DNA of 64,000 nt from Candidatus Omnitrophota bacterium (GTDB taxonomy: Bacteria > Omnitrophota > Gorgyraeia > Pluralincolimonadales > Pluralincolimonadaceae). The stretch covers positions 14,558 through 78,557 of the forward strand of contig PLNR01000006.1 of the NCBI GenBank assembly GCA_003141835.1. The letters are read 5' to 3'. The notes below the pieces were generated by a model. The model was not told where the DNA came from, searched no databases, and was given only the letters and a program-made list of their open reading frames with translations. Below are positions 9,328 to 19,942 of this stretch, in pieces (the stretch's first letter is position 1; each line of letters opens with the position of its first letter). Both the position numbers and the translations under genes were made by a program.

Positions 9328-9891
9328 TTATTTAATTAGCGCAAGCGTCTCGGACCGCGTCTTCTCGTTCGAACGGAATACGCCCCTCACCGCGCTCGTG
9401 ACCGTCGATATCCCGGGCTTCTTCAAACCCCTCATCGACATGCAGAGGTGCTCCGCCTCTATCACGACCATGCATCCGCGGGGCTTGAGCTCGCGCATTA
9501 TGACCTCTGCGATCTGGGTCGTAAGCCTCTCCTGGACCTGCGGCCTCTTGGCGAGTATATCTACCGCCCTGCCCAGCTTGCTTAATCCCGTAACCCTGCC
9601 CTCTTTGGGGATATAGGCGATATGGGCCTTACCGAGGAACGGCAGCAGGTGGTGCTCGCAGACGGAATAAAGAGGTATGTTCTTGAGGAGGATTATCTCC
9701 TCGTGTTTCTGGTCGAGGACGACCTCGAGTTCCTTGGCCGGGTCCTGGCTTATTCCGGCGAATATCTCCTCGTACATCTCCGCTACCCTGCGCGGGGTCT
9801 CCTGCAGGTCTTTGCGCCTGGGGTTCTCCCCGACCGCCTCCAGTATCATTGTCACGGCCTTGATTATCTTCTTCTTGTCCGCGTTTCTCAC
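9328..9891 (-). CDS. folE: GTP cyclohydrolase I
   Basis: [38 protein letters not shown]. Confidence 0.97.
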   Translation of the reverse strand: MRNADKKKIIKAVTMILEAVGENPRRKDLQETPRRVAEMYEEIFAGISQDPAKELEVVLDQKHEEIILLKNIPLYSVCEHHLLPFLGKAHIAYIPKEGRVTGLSKLGRAVDILAKRPQVQERLTTQIAEVIMRELKPRGCMVVIEAEHLCMSMRGLKKPGISTVTSAVRGVFRSNEKTRSETLALIK

Positions 9892-9910
9892 TTGATTTTT
9901 CCTTTCTATG

Positions 9911-11296
9911 CTATTTCCCGATACAAAATTGCGAAAAGACCTTATCGAGTATGTCGTCGGTCACGGTCTCCCCGACCATCTCGCCGATAGAGTCGAGGGA
10001 TTCCCTGAGCTCTATCGCTATCAATTCCGGAGAGAGCCTGTTGTCCACCGCCTTGATCGCCTCTTCGAGCGATCCGTACGACCGCTTCAGCGCGTCCTTC
10101 TGCCTGGCATTCGTTATCACCGCGCCCTCGGCAGCGCGCACCCCGCCGCCGAATACTTTATCGGCCATCTTCTCTTTAAGCCCGCCGATGCCTTCGCCTG
10201 ACTTCGCGGATACTTCCGCGACCGTCTCACCTTTAGCGACGGCAAACGTTAACTTCCTCGCAAGGTCGATCTTATTTAAGACTACTATCCTCTGCCGGCC
10301 TTTCGTATCCTCGAGCAAAACCCTGTCCTCATCGGTAAGGCGGGAACTGGCGTCGAGCAGGAGCAGGACCAGGTCGGCGGCCTCGATATGTTCGCGGCTC
10401 CTCAGCACGCCCTCCCTTTCGACTATGTCTTCGGTAGGGGTGATGCCGGCCGTATCTGTCAGTTTGAAAGGGATCCCCAGGATATTGACGAATTCCTCGA
10501 TGGTATCCCTGGTCGTGCCCGGTATATGGGTAACTATGGCCCGCTCCCTGCCGATTAGCGCGTTAAGCAGGCTTGATTTCCCGACATTCGGCTTGCCGCA
10601 TATGACGCAGGAGATCCCTTCCCTCAGGATAATGCCCCTGTCCGCCGTTTCCAGCAGCCGCGAGATCTCCAGTTTCACGGATCCGAGGCGTTCCGAGGTC
10701 TTCGCCCCGGATAGTATCTCCAGATCTTCATCTGGAAAATCTATTGAAGCCTCGACCTCCGCAGATATCGAGATCAGTTCGTCCCTTATCTTGTTAAGGC
10801 TGGATGAGAGCCTGCCGTCGAGTTGGCCCAGCGCCGCCCTTAGCGAGGCGTCGGTCTTTGCCCTTATTATATCGAGCACCGCCTCGGCCTGCGTAAGGTC
10901 AAGCCTGCCGTTGATAAAAGCGCGCTTTGTAAACTCGCCGGGTTCGGCGAGCCGCGCCCCGTTCTCCAATACGAGCCCCAGCGCCTTTTTTAACGGTGTT
11001 ACGCCGCCGTGGCAGCTTATTTCTACGACCTCTTCCTTTGTGTAGCTTTTCGGGGCCCTCATTACGGTCAACAGGGCCTCATCTACAACCAAGCCCTTAT
11101 CATGGACATGGCCGAAATGCGAAGTAAATGAACGGAAGCTCGACGGGAGTTTCCCTTTTTTAGAGCGGAATATCCTGTCGGCTATCTCGACGGCGTCCTT
11201 CCCGCTCAGGCGCACTATGCCGATAGCGCCTTCGCCCAAAGGGGTCGATATCGCCGCTATGGTATCTTCCGCGCCTATTTTAGACTGCTTTTTCAT
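9911..11296 (-). CDS. mnmE: tRNA modification GTPase MnmE
   Basis: [31 protein letters not shown]-terminal FCIGK. Confidence 0.97.
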   Translation of the reverse strand: MKKQSKIGAEDTIAAISTPLGEGAIGIVRLSGKDAVEIADRIFRSKKGKLPSSFRSFTSHFGHVHDKGLVVDEALLTVMRAPKSYTKEEVVEISCHGGVTPLKKALGLVLENGARLAEPGEFTKRAFINGRLDLTQAEAVLDIIRAKTDASLRAALGQLDGRLSSSLNKIRDELISISAEVEASIDFPDEDLEILSGAKTSERLGSVKLEISRLLETADRGIILREGISCVICGKPNVGKSSLLNALIGRERAIVTHIPGTTRDTIEEFVNILGIPFKLTDTAGITPTEDIVEREGVLRSREHIEAADLVLLLLDASSRLTDEDRVLLEDTKGRQRIVVLNKIDLARKLTFAVAKGETVAEVSAKSGEGIGGLKEKMADKVFGGGVRAAEGAVITNARQKDALKRSYGSLEEAIKAVDNRLSPELIAIELRESLDSIGEMVGETVTDDILDKVFSQFCIGK

Positions 11297-12632
11297 TTAT
11301 TAAGCTCTTCATTCCCAGATATTTTAAGGCCTCGCCGACCACGAATAACGAACCGGTAACCAGTATAAGGTCTTCCTGCCCCGCGTGCCTGCGGGCAAGT
11401 TCTACGGCTTCCCCCACGTTGAATGTCGCGACCGACTTCTTCTCGCAATCCGGAAAATCCTTCCGTATCTTTTCCGGCGATACGGCTCGCGGCGAATCTG
11501 CCTTGGTAAAGAAGATCTCGTCGGCAAGCGGAAAAAGGTTGCGAGCCAGGCCTTTTATGTCTTTCCCGGAGGAGACGCCGAATATAAGATAAAGTTTTTT
11601 ATAGGAGAAGATGCTTTTTACCGTCTCCCTGAGCGCCTGCGCCGACGCCTCGTTCTGCGCGCCGTCTAGTATTATCCACGGGGCCTTTGCGGCGACTTGG
11701 AGCCTGCCCGGCCAATTGACGTTCCTTATCCCGCCGGTTATGTTATGCGAACATATGGTTATGCCGTGCGCCCTCAGAGATTCTATTATCCCTACGGCGG
11801 CGGCTGCGTTCGCGGCCTGGTGCTTTCCGAGGAGCGGAGTAGTCAGTAAAGTGTATTCGCCGTACAGGCCGCGGACATTGAAAGTTTGTTCCTCAGGGCC
11901 GGCCGTGAGCGGCTCATAAGATATCTCCTTGCCGACGAGGTAAAGTTTAGCTTTCTTGTCGGTGGCGGCCTTGCGTATACAATTCAATGCCGCCATTTCC
12001 TGTTCAGCGGAGACGACGACGGAATTTTCTTTTATTATACCGCATTTCTCCTTCGCGATGGCCTCGATGGTCTTGCCGAGCCTGTCGGTATGGTCCAGGC
12101 TTATCGGGGTTATGCCCGCGGCCAACGGTTCAAGCGTATTTGTGGCGTCAAGCCTGCCGCCCATGCCGACCTCTACTACGGCAATATCGACTTTTTTAAT
12201 GCTGAAGAAGAGGAACGCCAGCGCCGTGTAGACCTCAAAAAATGAAGGCGGCCCGAACTTTGATGACCTGGAAAAATTATCTAGGAACTTCTTTATCCTC
12301 GTAACGAGAGCCGTGATCTCGGCTTCGTCGATATTCCTCTCTTTCGGGAAGGATATCCTTATGCGCTCCTTGAAATCTATGAGATGCGGGGATGTGTAAA
12401 GGCCGGCCTTTATCCCGCCCTCTTTCAGGATAGAATATACGAACGCGCAGGTAGAGCCCTTGCCTTTCGTCCCGGCTATGTGTATCGACCTGAAATTGCG
12501 CTGGGGGTTGCCCAACCCGTCGAGCAGGGACCGCATCCTGCCTAATTTCATCGCGGCGCGGTAATCGTACGCGGGACGTTTCTCGTAATCTACGAATGAA
12601 TCGAGGTATTCTAAAGCTTCCTGATAGTTCAT
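11280..12632 (-). CDS. folC: Folylpolyglutamate/dihydrofolate synthase
   Basis: HIAGTKGKGS, YTSPHL, EVGMGGRLDATN, WPGRLQ, TGSLFVVG. Confidence 0.95.
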   Translation of the reverse strand: MNYQEALEYLDSFVDYEKRPAYDYRAAMKLGRMRSLLDGLGNPQRNFRSIHIAGTKGKGSTCAFVYSILKEGGIKAGLYTSPHLIDFKERIRISFPKERNIDEAEITALVTRIKKFLDNFSRSSKFGPPSFFEVYTALAFLFFSIKKVDIAVVEVGMGGRLDATNTLEPLAAGITPISLDHTDRLGKTIEAIAKEKCGIIKENSVVVSAEQEMAALNCIRKAATDKKAKLYLVGKEISYEPLTAGPEEQTFNVRGLYGEYTLLTTPLLGKHQAANAAAAVGIIESLRAHGITICSHNITGGIRNVNWPGRLQVAAKAPWIILDGAQNEASAQALRETVKSIFSYKKLYLIFGVSSGKDIKGLARNLFPLADEIFFTKADSPRAVSPEKIRKDFPDCEKKSVATFNVGEAVELARRHAGQEDLILVTGSLFVVGEALKYLGMKSLINEKAV

Positions 12633-12638
12633 TTGAGG

Positions 12639-14207
12639 TTAATGCCTGAAATGCCTTACGCCGGTAGTCACCATCGCTATCCCGGCCTTATCGGCGGCTT
12701 TGATCGAATCCTCGTCTTTTATCGATCCGCCCGGCTGTATTATCGCGGATATGCCGGCTTTTCCGGCCAATTGCACGGAATCCGGTTTCGGGAAGAACCC
12801 GTCGGTCGCCAGGCACGCGTCCTTTGCCTGTTTCCCGGCTTTCCTGATAGCTATCCTCGCCGAATCAACCCTGCTCGGCTGGCCACCGCCTATGCCTACC
12901 GTCTTCTCGCCCTTAGCGATGACTATAGCGTTCGACCTGACATGCTTGGCGACTTTCCACGCGAAAAGGAGCGACTTTACCTGGGCTTGCGATGGGCTTT
13001 TCTTCGTGACCGTCTTCAGCTCCTGCGCCTTTATCTCAAGCTCGTCCTGTTCCTGCAGCAGCATACCGCCCTCGATCTTCTTTACATCGCAGGAATAGAC
13101 GCCCCGTTCCGGGCCCTTCTCCATATCCTTATATTCTATTATGCGCACGTTCTTCTTCTCGGCCAGGAGTTTAAGCGCGCCGGCGTCATATGCAGGGGCG
13201 ATCACGCATTCCAGGAAACCCGAATCCGATATTGCCTTCGCAGTCTTTAAGTCGACTTTCCTGTTTAGCCCCACTATCCCGCCGAATGCGGACAATGTAT
13301 CACATGCAAAGGCGTCTTTATAAGCCTGGTCCAGCCTCGTCGAAGAGGCGACCCCGCACGGGGAATTATGCTTTACGACACAAGCGGTCGGCTGCGCGAA
13401 ATCTTTCGCTATCTGGACCGCGGCGTGGAGGTCGAGGAAATTGTTGAATGAGAGTTCCTTGCCGTGCAGCTGTTTCATTCTCCCGAAACCGTAAGCCGGC
13501 TTTACCGCGTCGGCGTAGAAAGCGGCTTTCTGGTGCGGGTTCTCGCCGTAACGCAGGCCCTGCGCCCTCTCGAAGACGAGGTGCAGCAATTCCGGGAACT
13601 TATCCTTGTTGCGCCCGAAACGGCCGCTTAAGAAAGCGTATATCGCCGCGTCGTATTTGGCCGTATGCCCAAATGCTTCTACGGCCAGGTCCTGGCGCGT
13701 CCTTTCCGAAATGGAGCAATCGTTCTTCTGCAGCTCCATGAGCACGCAAAGGTACCTGTCCGGGTTGCATAAGACAGCGACGTCGTTGAAGTTCTTGGCG
13801 GCCGAGCGTATCATCGCGGGTCCGCCGATATCTATCATCTCTATTGCGGCGTCCAGGCTCACCCTGGGTTTCCTGACCGTGTCCTCGAACGGGTAGAGGT
13901 TGACGACCACCATGTCGATAAGGCCTATCTTATGCTTCCTGGCCTGCGACATGTGTTCTTTGTCGCCGCGCCGCGCGAGGATCCCGCCGTGGATCTTCGG
14001 GTGCAGCGTCTTTACCCGCCCGCTCAGCATCTCGGGAAAACCCGTAACGTCAGAGATGGCGCGGATCTTTATCCTGTTCTCCTTTAAGACCTTGGCTGTG
14101 CCGCCTGTCGAGATGATCTCCACGCCGAGCTTCTCAAGCCCTTTGGCGAAATCGACAATTCCCTTTTTGTCGGAAACGCTGATAAGTGCCCTCTTTATCC
14201 TGGCCAT
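12639..14207 (-). CDS. purH: Bifunctional AICAR transformylase/IMP cyclohydrolase
   Basis: RALISVSDK, GRVKTLHP, IDIGGP, LRYGENPHQ, C-terminal RHFRH. Confidence 0.97.
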   Translation of the reverse strand: MARIKRALISVSDKKGIVDFAKGLEKLGVEIISTGGTAKVLKENRIKIRAISDVTGFPEMLSGRVKTLHPKIHGGILARRGDKEHMSQARKHKIGLIDMVVVNLYPFEDTVRKPRVSLDAAIEMIDIGGPAMIRSAAKNFNDVAVLCNPDRYLCVLMELQKNDCSISERTRQDLAVEAFGHTAKYDAAIYAFLSGRFGRNKDKFPELLHLVFERAQGLRYGENPHQKAAFYADAVKPAYGFGRMKQLHGKELSFNNFLDLHAAVQIAKDFAQPTACVVKHNSPCGVASSTRLDQAYKDAFACDTLSAFGGIVGLNRKVDLKTAKAISDSGFLECVIAPAYDAGALKLLAEKKNVRIIEYKDMEKGPERGVYSCDVKKIEGGMLLQEQDELEIKAQELKTVTKKSPSQAQVKSLLFAWKVAKHVRSNAIVIAKGEKTVGIGGGQPSRVDSARIAIRKAGKQAKDACLATDGFFPKPDSVQLAGKAGISAIIQPGGSIKDEDSIKAADKAGIAMVTTGVRHFRH

Positions 14208-14241
14208 TTATCGCTCCTGTTTTGGGATGCTTCTGGGTAGG

Positions 14242-14829
14242 CTAATATTTTAGCAGGTTTAGTTCCTGCCTGTAAAGCTGGATTTCGCGGCGGAGGGTGT
14301 TTATCTCTTCTTCGAGGGGAGCCAATTCCTGCCTTGCCTTCTCCACGTTGCCCTGCAATTCGGCCTGTTCCTGCGCGGAAAGGCTCAATTTCTTGTTATC
14401 GAGGAGGCCCTTCTGGTTCTTTATAGAACTCCTGATGGACGATGCCCGCGCCTCCTTGCCGGTCAGCTTCACCTTCAGCTCCTCGGCCTTGCTGTTTATC
14501 TTCTGCCTCTCCGGGTCAAGCTGGGCGGTCAGGTCGTGGGTCTTCGCGTAGAGCTCTTTCCTCTCGGCCTTGAGCTCCTCTTCAAGTTCCATGATCTTTG
14601 AGTTTATTTCGCCCTGTTTCGCGCGGAATTCACCGTTCATCGTCTCTACCTGGGAGTCTATCTGGGCTTTTTTATCGAGGACGGCCTTGAAAGAGGGATC
14701 GAACGAGATGAGGGCAGCTTTCACCTCTTCGGGCTTCTGCTGGGGCCCGCAGCCCAGGGATGACAACGGCAGGATAACCGCTGCGGCGATCAATATGGAT
14801 GACTTTATCACGCTCATATGGGTCGTCAT
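14242..14829 (-). CDS. Putative coiled-coil lipoprotein
   Basis: Hydrophobic N-terminus ending SLGC (lipobox-like); long heptad-rich region; 4-bp overlap with the kamA-like gene. Confidence 0.7.
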   Translation of the reverse strand: MTTHMSVIKSSILIAAAVILPLSSLGCGPQQKPEEVKAALISFDPSFKAVLDKKAQIDSQVETMNGEFRAKQGEINSKIMELEEELKAERKELYAKTHDLTAQLDPERQKINSKAEELKVKLTGKEARASSIRSSIKNQKGLLDNKKLSLSAQEQAELQGNVEKARQELAPLEEEINTLRREIQLYRQELNLLKY

Positions 14830-16046
14830 GCCGCCGCTGGCTTTGTTTCGGCCGTCTTTGTTTCGGCCGTCTTCACATCCTTCTTTGCATGCTTGCCCTG
14901 GTGGCTGACCCTCACGACTTCGCCTTCCTCTACCGGTTCATGGTAAGTGAACATCTGGCCGGCGTAATTCCTTAAGGTGAAAGAGCCCTTAGCCTGCGAT
15001 ATGACGTAATTCGGGGCTACCGGGATCTTCCCGCCGCCGCCCGGCGCGTCGACGACATATGTCGGGACAGCGTAACCCGACGTGTGGCCGCGCATCTTCT
15101 CCATGATGTTTATGCCGGTGGCTATCGGCGTCCTGAAATGGCTTATCCCCCTTGCCGGGTCGCACTGGTATATGTAATAAGGGCGTACGCGCGCCTTAAG
15201 CAGTTCATGCATAAGCCGCCGCATCGTCGACGGCCTGTCGTTTATGCCTTTGAGCAGCACCGTCTGGCTGCCGAGCGGAATGCCCGCGTCGGCCAGCATA
15301 TCACACGCCTTCCTGCAGCGCTTCGTAAGTTCTTTCGGATGGTTGAAATGGAGCGAGACCCACACCGGGGAATATTTTTTAAGCACCGCTATCAGGCTCT
15401 CGGTCACCCTCATAGGGACGGTTACCGGCATCCTCGTCCCGAGGCGGATGAATTCAACGTTAGGTATCGCCCTTAAATTCTTGAGGATATCGTCTAATGT
15501 CTCATCCGGGAGCATCAAAGGGTCCCCGCCTGAGATCAGGACATCGCGGACCCTGTGGTTATTCCTTATATATTCATAAGCCTTCTCGAAATTCTGCGGG
15601 CTTGTCAGGTGCGCCTCGGAACCGACTATCCTCCTCCTCGTGCAATGGCGGCAATACATCGCGCACTTTTCCGTGACGAGCAATAGCACCCTGTCCGGGT
15701 ACCTGTGGACGAGTCCCGGGACCGGCGAATCCTTGTCCTCGCCGCACGGGTCCTCCATATCAAAAGCCGAGACGTCGAACTCCTCGGCAGTCGGGATCGC
15801 CTGCTTCCTTATAGGGCAGGTCGGCCTCATCTCATCTATAAGCGAAAGCCAATACGGCGTTATCGCCATCAGGAGCCGGCCCTTGGACCTCTTGACCCCG
15901 ATCTCTTCGGCCGGGGTGAGCTTGATGACCTCTTTCAGGCCGTCATAGGTCATTACCCTGTTCTTTATCTGCCAATGCCAATCCTCCCAGTCGCTTTCAG
16001 GCACATCCTTCCAGTGTTCTGCCAAGGAATTAGCGGCGTTTATCAA
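14826..16046 (-). CDS. kamA: KamA family radical SAM lysine 2,3-aminomutase
   Basis: WEDWHWQ, GLVHRYPDRVL, CAMYCRHC, SGGDPL, DAPGGGGKIP (PLP Lys). Confidence 0.9.
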   Translation of the reverse strand: MINAANSLAEHWKDVPESDWEDWHWQIKNRVMTYDGLKEVIKLTPAEEIGVKRSKGRLLMAITPYWLSLIDEMRPTCPIRKQAIPTAEEFDVSAFDMEDPCGEDKDSPVPGLVHRYPDRVLLLVTEKCAMYCRHCTRRRIVGSEAHLTSPQNFEKAYEYIRNNHRVRDVLISGGDPLMLPDETLDDILKNLRAIPNVEFIRLGTRMPVTVPMRVTESLIAVLKKYSPVWVSLHFNHPKELTKRCRKACDMLADAGIPLGSQTVLLKGINDRPSTMRRLMHELLKARVRPYYIYQCDPARGISHFRTPIATGINIMEKMRGHTSGYAVPTYVVDAPGGGGKIPVAPNYVISQAKGSFTLRNYAGQMFTYHEPVEEGEVVRVSHQGKHAKKDVKTAETKTAETKPAAA

Positions 16047-17092
16047 CGTGAACTCCTTTCTTGTAGGGCCAGCTTTTTGTTTTTGTTGTGTCGTTCGAGG
16101 GTGACTTCAAGTATCCTGTTCATCAGGTCCGGATAATCGAGCCCAGCGCATTTCGCTATATAAGGGAAATTGGAATCTACCGGGTCTAATCCCGGCAGAG
16201 GGTTCACTTCCAGCACATACGGGACGCCGTCTTTCCCGAGCATTATATCGACGCGGGAAAGATCTACGCAGCCGATGGCGCGGAACGCCTTGAGGGCGGT
16301 CTCTTTTACCGTCTTCGCCTCGGCCGCGCTCAAACGCGCCGGGCAATGCCAGTTCGGGGTCAACCCCTTGCTCTCTTCGACTTCCTTCTCGAACTCCTTG
16401 ACCTTCCATGTATAGAAAAATTCCCCGGACGCCCTGCAGTTCGAAAAATCTATCTCGAGTATGGGCATGGCCGCAGCCGGATAATTGCCCAGGATGCCTA
16501 CGGTCAGCTCTTTTCCATCTATGAATTCTTCGACGAGCGTTTCCTGCTGGTATACGCGCGCGGTCCTCTCGACCTCGCGGACGAGGTCTGCCTTGTTGCG
16601 GACGACGCTGGCCATGGTTATCCCCTTGCCCGAGCCCTCGCTGTTAGGTTTCGCTATCAGCGGATATTTAAGCCCTTCGTCGGAAACGGCCGAGGGATCG
16701 GTAACCAGCCTGTATTTCGGAGTCGGTATTCCCGCCTGTTCAAAAAGTTTTTTCGTGAGCGTCTTGTTCAATGATACGCTTAATGCGAGGACACCCGAGC
16801 CGCTGTATGGTATCCCGAGGAAATCGAGTATCGCAGGCACCTGCGACTCCCTCGACTCGCCGTTAAGCCCTTCGGCTATGTTGAAAACTATGTCTACTTT
16901 ATTCTCCTGGAACCAGTTCAACAACCCCTTGTCCGCCTCTACCAGGGAGACCTGGTTCCCTCCGGAGCGGAGCCCGCTGGCTATCGCCTCGATAGTCTCC
17001 TTGCTGTCGAATTCCGAATAATAATCGTCCGGGAGCCCGGTATTGCCTGTCTTCCTCTTCAAATTATATGTAAGAGCTACCTTAAGTCCCAT
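16043..17092 (-). CDS. D-Ala-D-Ala-ligase-like ATP-grasp protein
   Basis: YYSEFDS, VFNIAEG, KPNSEGSGKG, LEVNPLPG; lacks the GGxSxE N-terminal motif of canonical Ddl. Confidence 0.88.
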   Translation of the reverse strand: MGLKVALTYNLKRKTGNTGLPDDYYSEFDSKETIEAIASGLRSGGNQVSLVEADKGLLNWFQENKVDIVFNIAEGLNGESRESQVPAILDFLGIPYSGSGVLALSVSLNKTLTKKLFEQAGIPTPKYRLVTDPSAVSDEGLKYPLIAKPNSEGSGKGITMASVVRNKADLVREVERTARVYQQETLVEEFIDGKELTVGILGNYPAAAMPILEIDFSNCRASGEFFYTWKVKEFEKEVEESKGLTPNWHCPARLSAAEAKTVKETALKAFRAIGCVDLSRVDIMLGKDGVPYVLEVNPLPGLDPVDSNFPYIAKCAGLDYPDLMNRILEVTLERHNKNKKLALQERSSR

Positions 17093-17093
17093 C

Positions 17094-18134
17094 TTATTTC
17101 ATCCCGTACCTTTCTAGCGCGTGATCGAGTATCCTGTTTATTATGTTGTTGTATGATATCTTCATGTTCCTCGCCACCGTCATGAAGACATCCTCGGTTG
17201 AGAGTGATGGTAAGGGATTGATTTCCAATACATAGGGATTACCATTCTTATCCACCCTTATATCTACCCTACCGAAATCGCGGCATTCTACCGCCTTATA
17301 GGCCTTTAAAGCCACGGCCTTGAGCTTCCTGTCCAGGTCCCGCGTGATCTTCGCCGGGCATACATAGCTCAATGTGTCCGACTTTATCCTCGAGAAAGTA
17401 TAGCAGAGGTCGCCGAGGTTTGTCTTTCCGTCTATGCTGATCTGGACCGTCGGCAGCACTTCCGGGTTTTCGGTTCCTATGATAGGCACGGTAAATTCCG
17501 AGCCGGTAATAAATTTTTCTACGAGTGCCGGCTGCTTATAAGTCCGTATTACCCAGCCCGCGCGCCTTTTGAGCTCGCGGACGTTCTTTACTATAGACCT
17601 GTCGCTTATCCCCTTGCTAGAGCCTTCCTGTTTCGGCTTGACTATCAGGGGATATCCTATCCCTACGCCGTCGATATTTCTTATGTCCGATACTTCAAAG
17701 AACGCAGGAGTTGGGACGCCCTCAGAGATCAGGACCTTCTTCGCCATTATCTTGTCGAGGGTCAGGCCCAGCGTAAGCCCGTCGCCTCCGACGAACGGGA
17801 TACCGGCCATCTCCAATATCACGGGCACCTCGGATTCCCTGTTCCGGCCGGCGACGCCTTCGGCGATATTGAATACGATGTCGACGTCGAGCTTTTTCAG
17901 CCGGCGCAGGAGGTTGCGCACGTTTCCGATCTTCACGACCCTGTGGCCGCCGGATTCTATCGCGTCCTTTATGACATCGATCGTATCGGGATGGTCGAAC
18001 TCGGCATTGGCGTCTTTCGGGTCGCCTTTTTTAAATACATAGTCGGGCTTGACGTCGTAGGTCAGCCCCACTATCCTGCCCCGCTGATGCGGGACCTTGT
18101 GTCTCATTCCGCGTTTCGCCCCAACATTTGCCAT
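17094..18134 (-). CDS. D-Ala-D-Ala-ligase-like ATP-grasp protein (paralog)
   Basis: ANAEFDH, VFNIAEG, KPKQEGSSKG, LEINPLPS; visibly homologous to the downstream gene. Confidence 0.88.
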   Translation of the reverse strand: MANVGAKRGMRHKVPHQRGRIVGLTYDVKPDYVFKKGDPKDANAEFDHPDTIDVIKDAIESGGHRVVKIGNVRNLLRRLKKLDVDIVFNIAEGVAGRNRESEVPVILEMAGIPFVGGDGLTLGLTLDKIMAKKVLISEGVPTPAFFEVSDIRNIDGVGIGYPLIVKPKQEGSSKGISDRSIVKNVRELKRRAGWVIRTYKQPALVEKFITGSEFTVPIIGTENPEVLPTVQISIDGKTNLGDLCYTFSRIKSDTLSYVCPAKITRDLDRKLKAVALKAYKAVECRDFGRVDIRVDKNGNPYVLEINPLPSLSTEDVFMTVARNMKISYNNIINRILDHALERYGMK

Positions 18135-18154
18135 AATTTATCTTCCCGGGGTAC

Positions 18155-18195
18155 AAAAAAAGAAGGGACTTCCCCGTTTAGAAGTCCCTTCTTTT
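18155..18195 (-). terminator. Intrinsic terminator (bidirectional-type)
   Basis: AAAAGAAGGGACTTC/GAAGTCCCTTCTTTT stem with U-tract on the minus strand. Confidence 0.8.
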
Positions 18196-18242
18196 ATAAA
18201 CCTAGTTGAAATTATTCAACTGTTACTGCTCGTTTCTCCTGG

Positions 18243-18923
18243 TTATCTCTTCTTCCATTTGTCGACGATTTCCGACATTATCTTTCCGGCAATATCCTTA
18301 CAGCCGAGGCCGAAGGCCAGGCCCAAAGCCAATCCTGTCGCCGCCAAAGCCACCACGACGACGGTGTCCAATATGAATGTCCTGACATGGAGCATCGGGA
18401 GGACCGTAAGCACCGTTATGACTATGATCACTATCTGCGCTATCGATCCGAGGTTCTTCGCTGTCGCCATTCCGGCGTTGGAGGCTGTAGTTCTCACTAT
18501 CGAGCCTACAAAAGCGGCCAGGAACAGGCCTAAGATCAAGACGAATATTGCAAGAACCACGTTACCGGCATAAATAACTGCGCTATCAAGAAGCCCTGTC
18601 GCCTGCAACCCACCGATTGTCAGTGTGATTATGGCTACCACAAGGATAAGCAGCCAGTATATCATGATACCCAGAAGTTCAGAGAGGCTATGCTTGATCT
18701 CGCCTTTGGCGAGGATACTCGCAATGCCTGCCTTTTCAGACAAGACGTCGAAACGGGCAACTTTGAGAACTTGAACGATCAACTTCTCAAGGATCTTCGC
18801 AATGATTATACCTATGATCAAGATTATCAATGCAAAGACCAGCTTGGTTAGATAAGGCAACAACGAATTCCAGAACGTACTTGCGGTGTCAAAAATCAAC
18901 TTCAGCTGCCCCTGCTGTTCCAT
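18243..18923 (-). CDS. CmpX/MscS TM-helix repeat membrane protein
   Basis: Two 'P/N-x-x-x-A-L/I-x-I-L-I-I/L-G' TM_helix repeats; LALGLAFGLGCKDIA. Confidence 0.8.
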   Translation of the reverse strand: MEQQGQLKLIFDTASTFWNSLLPYLTKLVFALIILIIGIIIAKILEKLIVQVLKVARFDVLSEKAGIASILAKGEIKHSLSELLGIMIYWLLILVVAIITLTIGGLQATGLLDSAVIYAGNVVLAIFVLILGLFLAAFVGSIVRTTASNAGMATAKNLGSIAQIVIIVITVLTVLPMLHVRTFILDTVVVVALAATGLALGLAFGLGCKDIAGKIMSEIVDKWKKR

Positions 18924-19086
18924 TTTGCCTCCTCCTTTCAGGTTTTATTACCTAAAATTATTTCCTGTTGGTTTAATGTTATCATAAAGAAAATATTTGT
19001 CAAGCACTTTTTCCAGTTTTAGCAATAAATTTCTATTCCGCAAGCGCGGCATTATGATATAATCATAAAAATTAAACGGAGACGAA

Positions 19087-19647
19087 ATGAAAAGACTTTT
19101 TTGCCACAAAGCGCGGATCTTTCTCCTTGTAATGCTGGTTTTCTGCAATACGGCGGCTTTTGCGGCCGGTGATATGAGGGAGGCGCAGCTTTTGACTCAA
19201 GCAAGCCAGTTCTTAAGCGCCGGCGAGTACGACAAGGTGATAAAGACATGCGATGACGTGCTGAACATAGACCAGAACTGCCCTGCCGCCTATTATCTCC
19301 GCGCATTTTCGCACCGCTACAAAGAGGAATATGAGCTCGCTATCATGGATTTCACGCGCACGCTGCAGATCGACCCTAAATATTCGTCCGCTTATTACGG
19401 CCGCGCGATCTCGTATGCCTATACGGGAGATTATAATAACGCATTAGCAGACCTTGACGCGGCTATCGCCATAGATCCCCGGTATACCGACGCGTATTTT
19501 AACCGCGCGAGGGTCTACTATGATACGGGGGAGTACGACAAGGCGTGGGATGACGTGCATAAGGCTGAATCCCTTGGCGTATCCGACGACATGCTGTACA
19601 AGGGATTCATCAATAAGCTTAAGGAAGCCTCAGGCAGGAACCGGTAG
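19087..19647 (+). CDS. Exported TPR protein
   Basis: Signal peptide; repeated AYYxRA/AYFNRA...AIxD..AIxIDP TPR units. Confidence 0.88.
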   Translation: MKRLFCHKARIFLLVMLVFCNTAAFAAGDMREAQLLTQASQFLSAGEYDKVIKTCDDVLNIDQNCPAAYYLRAFSHRYKEEYELAIMDFTRTLQIDPKYSSAYYGRAISYAYTGDYNNALADLDAAIAIDPRYTDAYFNRARVYYDTGEYDKAWDDVHKAESLGVSDDMLYKGFINKLKEASGRNR

Positions 19648-19660
19648 GGCGCAACCAACC

Positions 19661-19942
19661 TTATTTATTTTGCGCCTTCTTCTTATCGGGGAATAAGGCC
19701 AATACGGCGAACCCGAAGATGCTCAGGAGCCCGAGCAACCCCCAGACGCCTTTGTAGCCCTTGCCTTTAGCGTAATTCCACAGGCCCCATATCAATAGCA
19801 AGAACCCGCCGTAGATAAGGATCGCCGCGCACCAGAGGATTATACCGATATGGACATAATAACTTGCCGCGAACCCGATTATCTGCGCCAGTATGCCGAA
19901 TCCCACCCCTATATTCGTCTTTAGCCTGTACTCCCCTATCAT
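19661..19942 (-). CDS. Small hypothetical membrane protein
   Basis: Three TM segments; YAKGKGY...WGLLGLL...PDK pattern; coupled to the ogg-like gene. Confidence 0.7.
   Translation of the reverse strand: MIGEYRLKTNIGVGFGILAQIIGFAASYYVHIGIILWCAAILIYGGFLLLIWGLWNYAKGKGYKGVWGLLGLLSIFGFAVLALFPDKKKAQNK

Noticed and set aside
14841-14873. 15-bp tandem duplication encoding KTAETKTAETK
   Set aside because: An in-frame slippage in a disordered C-terminal tail with no evident significance.
14826-16046. EpmB (EF-P modification) or AblA osmolyte assignment for KamA
   Set aside because: No efp/epmA or ablB nearby; the length and N-terminus fit the KamA type; the context is ATP-grasp ligases.
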